Origin: Fistulifera solaris
Lineage: Eukaryota
Length of the DNA stretch: 64,000 bases
NCBI GenBank assembly: GCA_030295235.1
Contig: AP026172.1
Span: 806,001-870,000, forward strand
Direction of reading: 5' to 3'
Positions 50,679-62,030 of the stretch are shown piece by piece. Positions within the stretch are counted from its first letter, which is position 1. Every line of letters starts with the position of its first letter. A program made the position numbers and the translations under genes. Below the pieces are notes generated by a model. The model did no database searches. It was not told the origin of the DNA and saw only the letters and a list, made by a program, of their open reading frames with translations.

Positions 50679-52118
50679 ATGGCAGCTAGTAACTTTACCG
50701 ACAACAGCAGTGAAAACACCACTACTTCACAAACCATTGCATGTTTTCTGAATTTGCCTTGCGGCAACGCAATCAGTATCGATGGAGTATCCGTATCAAT
50801 TCAACGCGATGATTTTGTCGGCATTTCTCGAATACCATCACAAAACTTTCATTTCATTACCATTACCGCAAAATCATCTTCAATGACGACTGGATTTTTA
50901 TTAATGCCCGGATGTAAAGCCTTGGTGCGTCGATACGATCCTCGGACCGAAGAAGTGTCTTCCACACTTGTGGTCGATGATATGACGATACAAAATCTAA
51001 TGCAACAATTACCGACGTTGGAACAACAGCAACGTGTTATACCGTATTCGCTACTAGTAAAGGAAGAACAAGAAGCGAAATGGAATCAATGTTTGACAAA
51101 TCACATTTCCAGTGACTTGTTGCAACATCGAGGCATCCGTACGTCCGGTCAAAAAGTCGTTCCAGGATGTTTGAACGATGATGTCGGGAATTGGGCGGGC
51201 AGCAATCAACTACCGTCGCAGCAAGAGCCTGATGGAACACCGCTATCATATATTCCCGTGCCTATTCTCGATCAACGACGGCCTCGATGGGCCAGCCACG
51301 TGGGCACCCAGCAATTCTTGCAGACTCTGTCGGCTACCGAACGAACTCATCTTTTTGTCGATCCCCATCCATCGCAGCGGGCATGGGAACGAGTGTTTGC
51401 CGAGCAATATCGCCATAACTGGGAATGGGTTCTAGGTGACTTGCAGTTGAGTTTTCTCTTCTTTGTTCATTTGCATTGCTTCGAGTCGCTGATGCACTGG
51501 AGAGATCTCTTATCAATTTTGGGGCAATTAGACGAAGTGCCTCCGCCTTCCCATTTACTGGCTCCCGTGCTGGTGCATCAACTATCGAATCTGGATGCTT
51601 CGGAAGTATTGCAAACCTCTATCGATGAAACGGAAGAAGAAGAGAATAGTATTGCCACCGCACTCCACCGGTTGGTGCAAACGTGGCGACGAGAAGGTGA
51701 CAACCAAGACATGTTGCAGCGCTTAAGTAGCTTGGTTGAGGATCGATTGTGTGCGAAAATTCAGTCGGTGGACGAGGATAATGAGAAAGAAGGACATGGC
51801 AGTGAGGAAGAAGGGAATGATTATCGGGATACAGACGAAAGTGACGACGATAGTGAAGGGCCGATGATTGTGGATATGGATGACTATGAAGCCGCCATAC
51901 AGCGGAATCAAGCCACACAACGAGTCACAGTTTCCCACTTTGTTCCATATGCACCCGAAATTGCCACTAATTTTCCCATTTTGTGGGCAGCAAAACAAGA
52001 ACATGAAGACTTGGTCATGACGTGTGCTCGGGCTTTGGAAGAAGCGAATGATGTGTCACTGGTACGACAAGCAGCAGACTATTTGGAGCAAGTTGAGGCG
52101 AATTCGGCTCACTTATGA
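50679..52118 (+). CDS. AAR2: U5 snRNP assembly factor AAR2
   Basis: SIDG......DFVGISRIP...HF; VRRYDPRTEE; LGDLQLSFLFFVHLHCFESLMHWRDLLSIL; acidic DDSEGPMIV tail motif. Confidence 0.87.
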   Translation: MAASNFTDNSSENTTTSQTIACFLNLPCGNAISIDGVSVSIQRDDFVGISRIPSQNFHFITITAKSSSMTTGFLLMPGCKALVRRYDPRTEEVSSTLVVDDMTIQNLMQQLPTLEQQQRVIPYSLLVKEEQEAKWNQCLTNHISSDLLQHRGIRTSGQKVVPGCLNDDVGNWAGSNQLPSQQEPDGTPLSYIPVPILDQRRPRWASHVGTQQFLQTLSATERTHLFVDPHPSQRAWERVFAEQYRHNWEWVLGDLQLSFLFFVHLHCFESLMHWRDLLSILGQLDEVPPPSHLLAPVLVHQLSNLDASEVLQTSIDETEEEENSIATALHRLVQTWRREGDNQDMLQRLSSLVEDRLCAKIQSVDEDNEKEGHGSEEEGNDYRDTDESDDDSEGPMIVDMDDYEAAIQRNQATQRVTVSHFVPYAPEIATNFPILWAAKQEHEDLVMTCARALEEANDVSLVRQAADYLEQVEANSAHL

Positions 52119-52312
52119 TCCTGTTTGGAATATAAAGCAAAGTATAGATTGGGTAGAGAAGGTTATTAGTAACTGTCACGAGGATGCGTCCTGCGTCGTA
52201 TCAACTATGTCTGTCAGGCGTCCGTTATACCGCCCACGCCATTCACAGAAAAATACAAAATAATAAAATTAGAACAATAATAACAAACAAAACAATATAC
52301 AATTTCGCAACC

Positions 52313-53085
52313 ATGGGAAAAGCCAAACAAACGCGCAAATTCGCCATTGCGAAAAAAATTATCAGTCCAAAAGACACGCGCGTGCAAAAGAACGCCGAAG
52401 CCGTGAAAGCGAAAGTGTTGGCCAAGAAAGAAAAAGAAGAAAAAACCGCGTCACGTCGAACAAGCGAATAGTGCTCTCTTCTTTCAATACAACGAACAGC
52501 TGGGTCCTCCGTATCATGTTCTAATTGATACAAACTTTATCAATTTCTCGATTCGGTACGTTTCTTTTGTTTTTGTCTTACAAGCATTAGGGCGTTACAG
52601 AAATCACTGACACAAAATTCTTTCACCATTTTCGACTTTAGAAAAAAGCTAGACATTGTGCGTGCCATGATGGATTGCTTGTTAGCGAAATGTATTCCCT
52701 GCATTACCAATTGCGTCATGGCTGAGCTGGAAAAACTCGGTGGCAAGTACAAGATTGCTTTGCGCTTGGCCAAAGATCCTCGCTTTCAACGCGTTCCCTG
52801 CAATTGCAAGGGCAATTATGCCGATGATTGCTTGACGAATATGGTGAAACAATGGAAATGTTACATTGTGGCAACTTGTGATAAGGAATTGCGGGGCCGT
52901 ATTCGAAAAATCCCTGGTACGTGCAGAGAAAAACTGTAGTACTGGCACAGTTTTATCGCACAAACGGATTCATCTTACTTGCTACATCATTTCATTCACT
53001 ACCTACAGGTGTCCCTTGCATGTACATAAGCGGCTATAAATACACGGTCGAACGAATGCCTGAAGCATTTGGTGCTCCTAGGTGA
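52313..53085 (+). CDS. FCF1: rRNA-processing PIN nuclease FCF1/UTP24; introns ~52556-52641 and ~52917-53008, frameshift near 52445
   Basis: [85 protein letters not shown]. Confidence 0.95.
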
Positions 53086-53751
53086 TGTGGCGTTGCGGCA
53101 TTTCGATTCGTCGTCATGCTGATATAAAAACATCAGATTGGCATTTAGACAAATAGGTAGTAATAACAATACCAAATAAAATCAATGTTGACGCTGATTT
53201 TCACCAGCTGGGCGCTTCTGCTGGTCGTTCAGCAATTTCTCGGGCCATGATGCCGAAATGAGCGCTGTCTTCCGTATTATAATCTCACCACGACTGCACT
53301 TCAGTCATGTGTCACAATAAACTTTCTAGCCATAACAACTACTCCGTACCTAGCGCTAGCTCCTTATGCAAGCTTCTATTCTTGTCTCACAAACAATTTA
53401 ACTATAATCCGCATCATTAGCAAATCACGAACACATTCGCGATGTCGTAATTCGTAATTTGCGAAACGTCTTTTGACTATGGACCCAAAGTGTTGATCTT
53501 TTTTTACCACGACTGCTTTCAGTCATGAGTTCCACCATCGTAGCAGAGTATACTATCCTGTTTTGAAACGTGACCTTTTAGTATTAATTGATTGCTTCAA
53601 GTGTATGAGATGCAATAATTCCACAATCATTCATTCATCGTACACCGTTCCGCATTTTTGTTGTTCTTTCCTTCTACGGCTACAAGAAGTATTACAATGA
53701 ACTTGTGACCACGCAGCAATTCTTTTTGTTATCTGTTCAGTCAATCTCGCA

Positions 53752-54909
53752 CTATAATTGATTTTGTGTATTCAGCGTGCCTTGCGCATTCTGAATATCC
53801 AACGCCAGATGCGAATTCAGCGTAATCTCTCTATTCTGCCCATTCGAAGCATTTAAAGTGCTGTGAATGCTGGTCCAACTGGGCGCGACCATCTTCTCTT
53901 TCTCCTTTGGGGCGGTTTGCGTTGGTTTCTTCGTTTGAGGTTGATGCTTGCGCCTCCATACCGGATCTTCTTGAGCTAGTTTAATACTTTGCGACTCCAG
54001 TTTATCAATCGTTTTGTGAGCCAGGGAATACACAGGAAAAGATTGATCCGACAATTCGATGATTTTGTTGAGCATTGAAGCAAATTTGGTGCGTGCATTC
54101 CGCTTTGTCGGTCGTGTCCAGCTCGCCTTCAAGGCCTCCTCATAGATGTCATTGAATCGTGCGTCATCGTCAATAGTCACGTAAGGGCGTTTAGCGGGTG
54201 CAGGTGGAGCAGGTGCTTCCTCCGGTTCTTGCACAACAACTTCCGGCTACGCCTCGGGATGCACCGGGGCGGGGACATGATTGCAGTGCTGTCCCTTTCC
54301 AGTTCCCGTCGAAAAAATCCAATTCCCATTGCGAAAAGAGATTGTAAAACAAAAATGACACCGCTCATCCGGAGTGGTTGGTCTCGTTCGACTCGACAAT
54401 GCCTTCCCCTTCACCGGCCGTGCTTTGTACATTTGATTGCGAATACAGCGAAACACGATGCGCATGCGGTCCTTTTCGAAACCTCCCGCACGCAAACGAA
54501 AGGTAGTCGCGCACTCTTGTACGAGATGCGTGCGAATTTGTTTGATGGATTCGGGTGTCGTGTTCGTAATGGAGGGAAACAGAATGATGCAATCCATTCC
54601 CAAGGGCTGGAGACAACTAGAAGCATTCAATACTCTACCGTATATCGAATCGGTACCCATAAAGTCCATGAGATTGATCGTATGATCTTGTACGTTGCCG
54701 TCGGGGCTGCGGAATTGTGCGGGTACATTGATACAAGGAGTCCGCCACGTTTCTTCGTTGACGTCATTACATGTCAAATCATTGATGTTGTTTGAGGAAG
54801 AAGCTGCATTATTAGTGCTCAATTTGTTTATTTGCGTAGTACTCCGTAAATGGTTAAATACAAAATGGCTGAAGCAATGAAAATGAAACAGAAGCAGACC
54901 CCTTTGCAT
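53752..54909 (-). pseudogene. FAR1/WRKY-GCM1-like zinc-finger sequence, possibly Mutator-transposase derived; in-frame TAG at 54247-54249
   Basis: RIVFRCIR...CHFCFTISF...GQHCNH (C..C..H..H pattern). The same frame continues past a single stop into a helical ORF. No DDE domain seen. Confidence 0.42.
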
Positions 54910-55159
54910 AGCTAGCTAGGCACTTAAGACCTAAGCACCCGCATCACCAGAAATAATTGCAAATTTCGACATGGTGCTTTTAACATTTACAGAAATTCTG
55001 TAGGTGGTACCGGTACTCAGTAAATGCTTCTTAAACTCCGTATATCTTTTCAGTACTCCGGGTAGTTGATTGTGAGCAATAACGGTTTCATTATCATCTT
55101 GTTGTTGCAATCATTGCATGGATTGCTCGTAGAATCAATTTCCCTATTTATCTCTCAGA

Positions 55160-55467
55160 ATGAAAGCATCACGCGTTTCGGGCATTCAACGCGATGTTTT
55201 TTCGTTATACCGACGCGTCTTACGACAAGCTCTGCAAAGGATCGTGCGGTAGATGCATCCGCCACGACTACGTCTTTGCCTTCTTTGTCACACTTGTTGC
55301 ATCAACCGTCCTCTACTACCAGTTACGCATCACACGAATTTCGACGACAAGCGGCTTCGGTGACGCGATCGGATTTCAAGAAAATTGAATTTCTGTTGCG
55401 ACAAGGAGACAAACAAATTAAATTATTGAATATGCCCGGAGTGCGGCGTGTCGTGCGGACGGAGTGA
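55160..55467 (+). CDS. SDHAF1: LYR-motif succinate dehydrogenase assembly factor 1-like (one frameshift near 55238)
   Basis: Hand translation MKASRVSGIQRDVFSLYRRVLRQAL joins EFRRQAASVTRSDFKKIEFLLRQGDKQIKLLNMPGV. Confidence 0.82.
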
Positions 55468-55590
55468 TTTGGAACGAAGATAATGATTGAACATGATAGA
55501 AATTTTGAATGGAAACAGTGGAATAGCGGGGCTTTGTGAATTAACAAATGACGGTTGTATAAAAAGTCCATCATGGCAACGACTCGGTTC

Positions 55591-56699
55591 TCACCATATA
55601 CCGTTGGACGCAAGAGTCGTCGTCGCGAGAGATGCGTTCATACTGGTACTCGGCAAAGGAGGCACGGCATCTATTTTGCTCTTGGGAAATTGAAAAGCGG
55701 GTACTACCCATGCTCCACACGAACACGGTGTCCCTGACCAATTCCATGTTCCCAATTTCGCCTGACATTTTTGACAAACTAATCGTCCCAGCGTTTCTCG
55801 TAAATCATTGTCCAATTGATTAGTAGAAGACGATGCCTTGGGTTTCATCCACGGTAACGATTGTAGCAAAAAGTAACTTTGACATGGTTTCGAACTGGCT
55901 TTGGCGTTGTGCTCGATCAAATCATCTTGACCAAAAGGATATTCCGACAGATCCTACATGCGTATCGTACTTTGTTAGGATCAATAACGTGTTCTTCTTC
56001 TTCCTCCTCCTCCGGTGGTTGATTTTGTTGTTCAAGTGCTAGTTGTTCCAGTCGTTGCATTTCTTCTTCTCGTTGTAGCTGCTCGTAAAATAGCCATTCT
56101 TGTATCCGTGTTTGACCGACGGTTCGAATCAAATAAACCATTTTGCCAGGGCCCATGGTTCCGTTTCGTGTTTTCACTTCTTTTTCTTCTGGGGAAAGCG
56201 CCTGAAAGGCTTGCAACTCGTCCGATAGCGTCGTGTAGGGCGGAGAGGGTTCCATGGTATGGATCGGAATATCGATCGAAAAAAGTGTTTGAAAGTAGGA
56301 TTGAATGTGCTGAGAGCAAGTGTCATTGTCAATTCCGTTGCCAATCACAATATTTGTGATAATGGGAAAGTAGGAGCCATCTTTTGCTTCTGTTTCATTC
56401 GATATCGTGCCCTGTTGATTGGCCAAATCCAACAAATTGGTGGGCAATGTCACGTCGGATGGCGGTAATAACTCGGGATGATAATCAACATTCACCAGGT
56501 AGGGAATCCATTCCTGGGTACTTTCATTGCGATACTGATCGAATTGAGCCACACAGGGCAAATACTGCAGCAAAATGTGTTGTAAATTATAGTCGTCATG
56601 GTGGTTGATCTGTTCGTCTACTAGTAGAGACATGATTCTCGTCAATCGGGGTAGACTACTGGCGATCACAGCAATGCGACAAATGTTCTTCTCTGTCAT
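55591..56699 (-). CDS. Protein with C-terminal YVH1/DUSP12-type zinc-binding domain and unrecognised N-terminal domain (frameshift near 55930)
   Basis: YACRICRNIL...H...CQSYF...PWM...GRLVCQKCQAKLGTWNWSGTPCSCGAWVVPAFQFPKSKID. Confidence 0.8.
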
Positions 56700-57514
56700 C
56701 TTATCCAAACACGTTAACAACGCAAATCAATTCACATGCCACGGTATCCAACAACTCCTTTTACTTGTACTTGTGAATCACACTTTTTTTCTTTTTGATT
56801 TTTCTTTCGAGCTGGATGGCGGCGAGAGCACAGGCTTTTTCAGTTTTCAGTCCCTTTTCGACCTCCCGACTCAACCATTTTTCAGTCCTGGATATAGTTA
56901 TCGAAACTAATTGATTTCATTGCACAGAGTCCAAAGTATCACTCGACGTTCGTAATTAAACGCAAATAAGAAACGTTGACACGCTGCTACTGTTTTTATT
57001 GGCGTTGTTGACGCTGTTGTACGAGTGAATTGCGCCGAATATCTTTTCAGTCGATCTACTTTCAGTCCCGGAAAATATCAAATGAACCTATATTTCATCC
57101 CGCTGGGTTGAAAGTAAAGACACTGATGACCAAAGTATTACTGGAATTGCGAAAATACCACGGAAACCTAATTTGAGCAGGATTGAGACGCTAGTTTTGC
57201 TATTGAAGGATTTGTAGTACTTGCACCAGATGCATCCTTTTCATCGTCTCGAACATCAACTATATCGGTATTACAATACCTGGTACCTCGACAACTTCGA
57301 ATCATCAGCTTAATCTAGCTATTTTAAAATTGTCATTTGCTACAAGGGAAATAAGGTCGCTAGTTTTCTGTCAAAGCTTTTTACGCTGTCTTTCCACGCT
57401 ACAGGACAAGAGTGTCTCCGACCTGATTCCTATTTGATGCTCAGCGCCTGTTGTGACTTGGTTCTCCAAGATATATTCCAAATATACTCATTTATAGAAA
57501 ATGATTGAAGTTAT

Positions 57515-57993
57515 TCAAAACAAATACACCAATCCGTAAAACAATGTCCAGAACAAGGTAAACGACAATGCCGTCGGTTGAAATCCCTCCGTCCAGTACC
57601 CGAACCAGGTTTGTTGCGTATACGTTTGCAAAGACATGCCCGACATTTTCGTCATTGCCATGATGACACACACGAAAGTATGGGATGCTAAAAAGAAGAC
57701 TAGAAAGTATGGAAAACAAAAAATACGCGGACAGGGTAGGGTGTCAGGCGCTAAGGTGTCATTCCATGATTGATGTTTACATCCAACGTACCCAGTCCCT
57801 GCAATCCCGTACATCCCAGTATCCCCGCAATGCATCCCGAAGTTATACTCATGACGGAACGGATGCGATCCAAACGTTTCATATTGAGTTGCAAAGCCAT
57901 GCCGTCGACGACTTGCTTGCTGTTGGTCGAACTCGTCACGGTATTGTTGCTATCGCCTCCCGACGTCAAGCCAGCCATCGGATCTTGCATCAT
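57515..57993 (-). CDS. EMC6: ER membrane protein complex subunit 6; intron ~57688-57791
   Basis: NMKRLDRIRSVMSITSGCIAGILGCTGLQG and SFTLFWTLFYGLVYLF*. Confidence 0.9.
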
Positions 57994-58407
57994 GATGGAA
58001 GATGTAGAAGTGTAGTGAGTTATAAGTTTAAACAAAGAGATAAGAAAGACTAGAGATGCACCTGCTTGAAAATGAAATAAGATAAACGAAAAAATGAATT
58101 ATCCGGTCGGACGACAGACCTTTCATCGATCTATCGCAGTAGTACGGCAGCTAACAACAATCATTGCTAACGTTACCATAATCGCAACCGATTTCATTCA
58201 CCATAATGAAATATGCATACTAAATATACCTTAAGGCAGAGAAGCTCTTTTACGATGTGAATGGAGGCAAGACAGCAGTCTGGCTCGGCTTATTGTTTGA
58301 TATTAGCCGCTGAGTACCGTCTGCTACGACTATACGGACTGGATTTGCTAGATTTCGTGCCTTTTTCATAACCATTCGACTAATATATTACTAAAGACAC
58401 TTTAAAT

Positions 58408-59073
58408 TTAGCAAAATTCATGCCATGTAATAGTTTGTCGACACGTCGGGCACTTCTCACCCCCTTGTTCGGTCCACTGATAGAGACAGGGCAAATGAAA
58501 ATACGTTTGATTGATGCCACAACCACATTGCGTAGGCATTCGCGGATTGCTCTCATCAAAGCCCTCCAAGCAAATGACACATTCATCACCGGTGATCCTT
58601 TCCTGCCGTAAACTCATGATTTTGGCCATTTCGTGTTGCAACTGCGAACCGGGCAAGACAATTTCGTGGGGACTGAGTGTCGGATACGATCCCGACGAGT
58701 GGAATTCACAAGCTGTCCGTAGTGGTGAATTCATAGAGCGGGAGGAGGATGGTTTTAAGTCATCTTCTGTTTCGACTCGTTTGTGAAAGCGTGGGCGAAA
58801 CAAACGAAACAGTCCTCCTCCGCGGACGGACGGTGGTGGTGGCGGAGTATTTTGTCCCGTGTCCTGTGGTTCCTCGCGTTCTACGACTGCTGGATGTGCT
58901 GGTAAAGATGTAAATGTATCGTTGCTGCCAGTGTTACTTGAGAGAAGCAAGGACGATGATGCGGAAGGAGCATGGTGTTCATGAGAAGCTCTCGTACTGC
59001 TGTCAGCGTCATCGTCTTCGTCGTCATCGCCATTACAACAGACCCGGAACAAACATTGCAATACAGCTCCCAT
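58408..59073 (-). CDS. RING-finger E3 ligase with probable N-myristoylation/palmitoylation
   Basis: MGAVLQCLFRVCC; CVICLEGFDESNPRMPTQCGC...FHLPCLYQW...CPTC. Confidence 0.87.
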   Translation of the reverse strand: MGAVLQCLFRVCCNGDDDEDDDADSSTRASHEHHAPSASSSLLLSSNTGSNDTFTSLPAHPAVVEREEPQDTGQNTPPPPPSVRGGGLFRLFRPRFHKRVETEDDLKPSSSRSMNSPLRTACEFHSSGSYPTLSPHEIVLPGSQLQHEMAKIMSLRQERITGDECVICLEGFDESNPRMPTQCGCGINQTYFHLPCLYQWTEQGGEKCPTCRQTITWHEFC

Positions 59074-59546
59074 TTTGAATCTGTTTTGGTAGTAACAATA
59101 GCAGCACGAAACGCCGCTTTATAAGCCAAAAGAATATTTTGCAGTTGAACGACGGCACGACACAAAAGATGGCACTTTGGTGGCGTGGCGTCGGAAAAAG
59201 AACAATATCCAAAAACACGCGCAATAAATCTTTGACGACGAACGACGAGACGTGTTTCATTCATGAGTGACGAAGTGACACTACTTCCTGCTCAACTGTA
59301 AATTTAGTACCGCTCCATAGCATTGGGCCAATCATAACGGACAGATTTTGGCGACGCATCGTGAGAGGGACGGGCGCGGTTTTTTTCCTCTTGAAGGGCT
59401 CGCTCAAAAACGCGACGAGGCAGAAATTCTTTTGCCTTCATAATATTATTATTCGTTCCTGTCGCCTCAATCGAAAGATCGCACTAACAGATTGCTTTGA
59501 TCTAAAAAAACTTATCAGCAACGAAACATTATCTAATAAGATCGCC

Positions 59547-60239
59547 ATGAATCGAAATGACTTGAACGAGGCTTTTTGTTTGGATGATTCATCATCCGCA
59601 ACACTGGATGCGAGCGTTCTCAAGTCACCCTGGACGGCGCTGTCAACCATGTCGTCTTCCTTTGCGATGAATGAAAGCTCCTTTTCCGACGAACATCGAC
59701 AAGATCATTCAGCGAATGAAGCCGAAGAGGAATCGATTGCATTGGCCCGACAACTCATGGCCGAAGAAGCCATGGCTTCGTACCAAAGTTCCTTTCAACT
59801 GTTGCAACAACATGCCACGCAATTTTCACCCGAAGACTATCAAGCCTTGCAGGCCGCCATGATGGAGGATGATGATCAACTAGCCCAATTGAATGATCAA
59901 GTCGATGAAGATGAAGGTGACGGTTCGGCGTATGAGACATTGTTGGACTTGTCAGAACGCATCGGTGACGTCAAAGCCGAACGATGGTCGTGGCGGGCAC
60001 CGCACGAAATTGCCAAATTGCCATCCTTTGTCTTTTCGAGCGAAACAACTATCTCTGCAGTGACGACTCGCGACGATTCGGAATGCAAATGCTTGGTTTG
60101 TCAGTGCGAATACGAAAATGGCGAACAGTTGTGTCGATTGCCGTGTCAACACACGTTTCATATGGATTGCGTCGAGCCTTGGTTGCTGAAGAAGGATGTA
60201 TGTCCCTATTGTCGTCAATGTATTGTGAAGAATGAATGA
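59547..60239 (+). CDS. RING-H2 E3 ligase with UIM-like helix
   Basis: EEESIALARQLMAEE; YETLLDLSERIGDV; CLVCQCEY...LPCQHTFHMDCVEPWL....CPYC. Confidence 0.9.
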   Translation: MNRNDLNEAFCLDDSSSATLDASVLKSPWTALSTMSSSFAMNESSFSDEHRQDHSANEAEEESIALARQLMAEEAMASYQSSFQLLQQHATQFSPEDYQALQAAMMEDDDQLAQLNDQVDEDEGDGSAYETLLDLSERIGDVKAERWSWRAPHEIAKLPSFVFSSETTISAVTTRDDSECKCLVCQCEYENGEQLCRLPCQHTFHMDCVEPWLLKKDVCPYCRQCIVKNE

Positions 60240-60427
60240 CGTACGCGGTGCACGCGATAGTCATTACGAATGATAGAATGACGGGTAGTCCTTTATTTTT
60301 TAGTCTCTCATTATTCAATCCAGATCAATTCAGCAAAACGGCGAGTAATGCCAGTAATAATATGGTTTAGCTACTACTTCTATTTTTTAGAATATCACTT
60401 TCATCAACACTACTCCGATTCACTTTT

Positions 60428-61437
60428 TTATGTTTGCGCCAATTTCCCAACAATGGGATACATTTTTCGTTCCGCAAACGTCTTTTCCAGTCGTTCATGG
60501 TTTTGGATTGCTTTTCGTTCAATGGTTCTTCTTTCCCTGTAGTAGTAAACATTTCATCGTCCAGTCGCATGGTCGCCAAAGCCCGTGTAGCATCGCGACC
60601 GGCTAACTTGTGATAGGGACCTCCTGGCCCATAAAAGGATACTCCACCAAAGGACATATCAAACACATCTTGGTCGACAGCAATGTAAATGGGTGGCGTT
60701 GCATATCCCTCGGGGATGGGTGCTTCTAGAGTTCCATTGTATTTCGCCAGTTCTTCCCGACTGATGATACGATGCGGATCGGGCATTTCAAAAATCAATT
60801 TCCCTACCAGCGGATAATTTCGATAATACTGAAACTTTTCCAACCACTGATCCAATTCCATACGTTCTCCGGCATTGAGTTGAGTCCGATCGACGGGAAT
60901 ATCCAGATACTGCTCATCAAAGGCATATTTTGACAAGGCAATCCCACATTCGCGTCCGGCAAATGCTGCGTAAGGACCCCCGGGGCCGTAAAAGTTTCGG
61001 CCGTCACTAACATCAAAGACGGTCCCCGCGACGGACAAATAGACCGGTTTGTGTTGAGGATTCGGGCCGTCATCTTCGAGTTCTCCATTGAAGTGACGCA
61101 ATTGTTGAGCAGTGAAATTGCGAAGGGGTTCTTTCTCGCCTTCCTCGTGTTGCGGTGTGGATTGTTTGGGTGTCGCAGAGGATGACATGACGGTTGTAGT
61201 CAAGTGATATCCAATGTAAACGGCCAGAACAATACAAATGTACTTTTGAAAAGAAAAGGCGTGTGTGCGCGATTATAGCAATCAAATATTGCGAGAAACA
61301 AATAGCAGTGAGGAAAGTGAAGACCGAAATAGCGAGCACGCCTGTTCCTTCACTCATAACCCACTTACACCCAGCGAGCCGCTAGTTCCTGTCCACTGAT
61401 CTAATGATTGCGAGAACGAAGAGAGCCACGTGCTCAT
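60428..61437 (-). CDS. MAPR (membrane steroid/heme-binding) protein with two tandem cytochrome-b5-like domains; intron ~61243-61368
   Basis: TM YICIVLAVYIGYHL; domain 1 VFDVSDGRNFYGPGGPYAAFAGRE; domain 2 VFDMSFGGVSFYGPGGPYHKLAGRDATRALA. A terminal frameshift restores KMYPIVGKL. Confidence 0.88.
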
Positions 61438-62030
61438 TATTACACGAATTCTTTTCAGAATATACAACAATCCATTCAATAAAGAGTGGTTGTTGTGCCT
61501 GTGTTTTTGCCGGCATTTTGGCTGATGCGATGTATACAAAGTAAGCGGAAATTCTGTGTGTGATGTAACTTTGCGTAGACAGAAAATCTGATTAAAATTA
61601 TTTTGAAACACACGGAGAATCTGTATGATGTGTCTTTTAGAACTAAAAATTGGAGCTGCACTTTAAATACCTGGTACTACGGAGTAAATGAAATTCAGTC
61701 CGATTTTTCTTTGCGTGAACAGAATCTCGAAGCAGAATAAATAGTCAAAGGGAGGTCTCTATTATGATTGTAGCAGTAATTACCTTTTACGTCTGAATCC
61801 TTCACAGTGAAATGCATAAGGTGCGGAGATGCGCTGGTTCAAAATTACTATGGGCTGGTGTCTAGCCTCAACTTTACCGGGACTGCATTTCAGTCATGGA
61901 GTATTTGCTTTCCGTCGTTATTGTTGCAGTTGTTGTGGTGCTGCTTCTACCTCGTATTCTTCTTCTTCTTCTTGTTCTCTTCCTTTTTGTCATCACAATA
62001 CGATTCAAAGTACTATTATCGTTCGACAGC

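Noticed and set aside
50679..56699. RNA-processing gene cluster (AAR2, FCF1, YVH1-like)
   Set aside because: Housekeeping genes commonly neighbour each other in compact genomes; unrelated genes are interspersed and no shared element was seen.
61896..62030. Extra hydrophobic N-terminal helix on the Kir channel
   Set aside because: It derives from low-complexity GTT/CTT repeats and an ATG inside the dispersed dyad element; the start at 62031 is more plausible.
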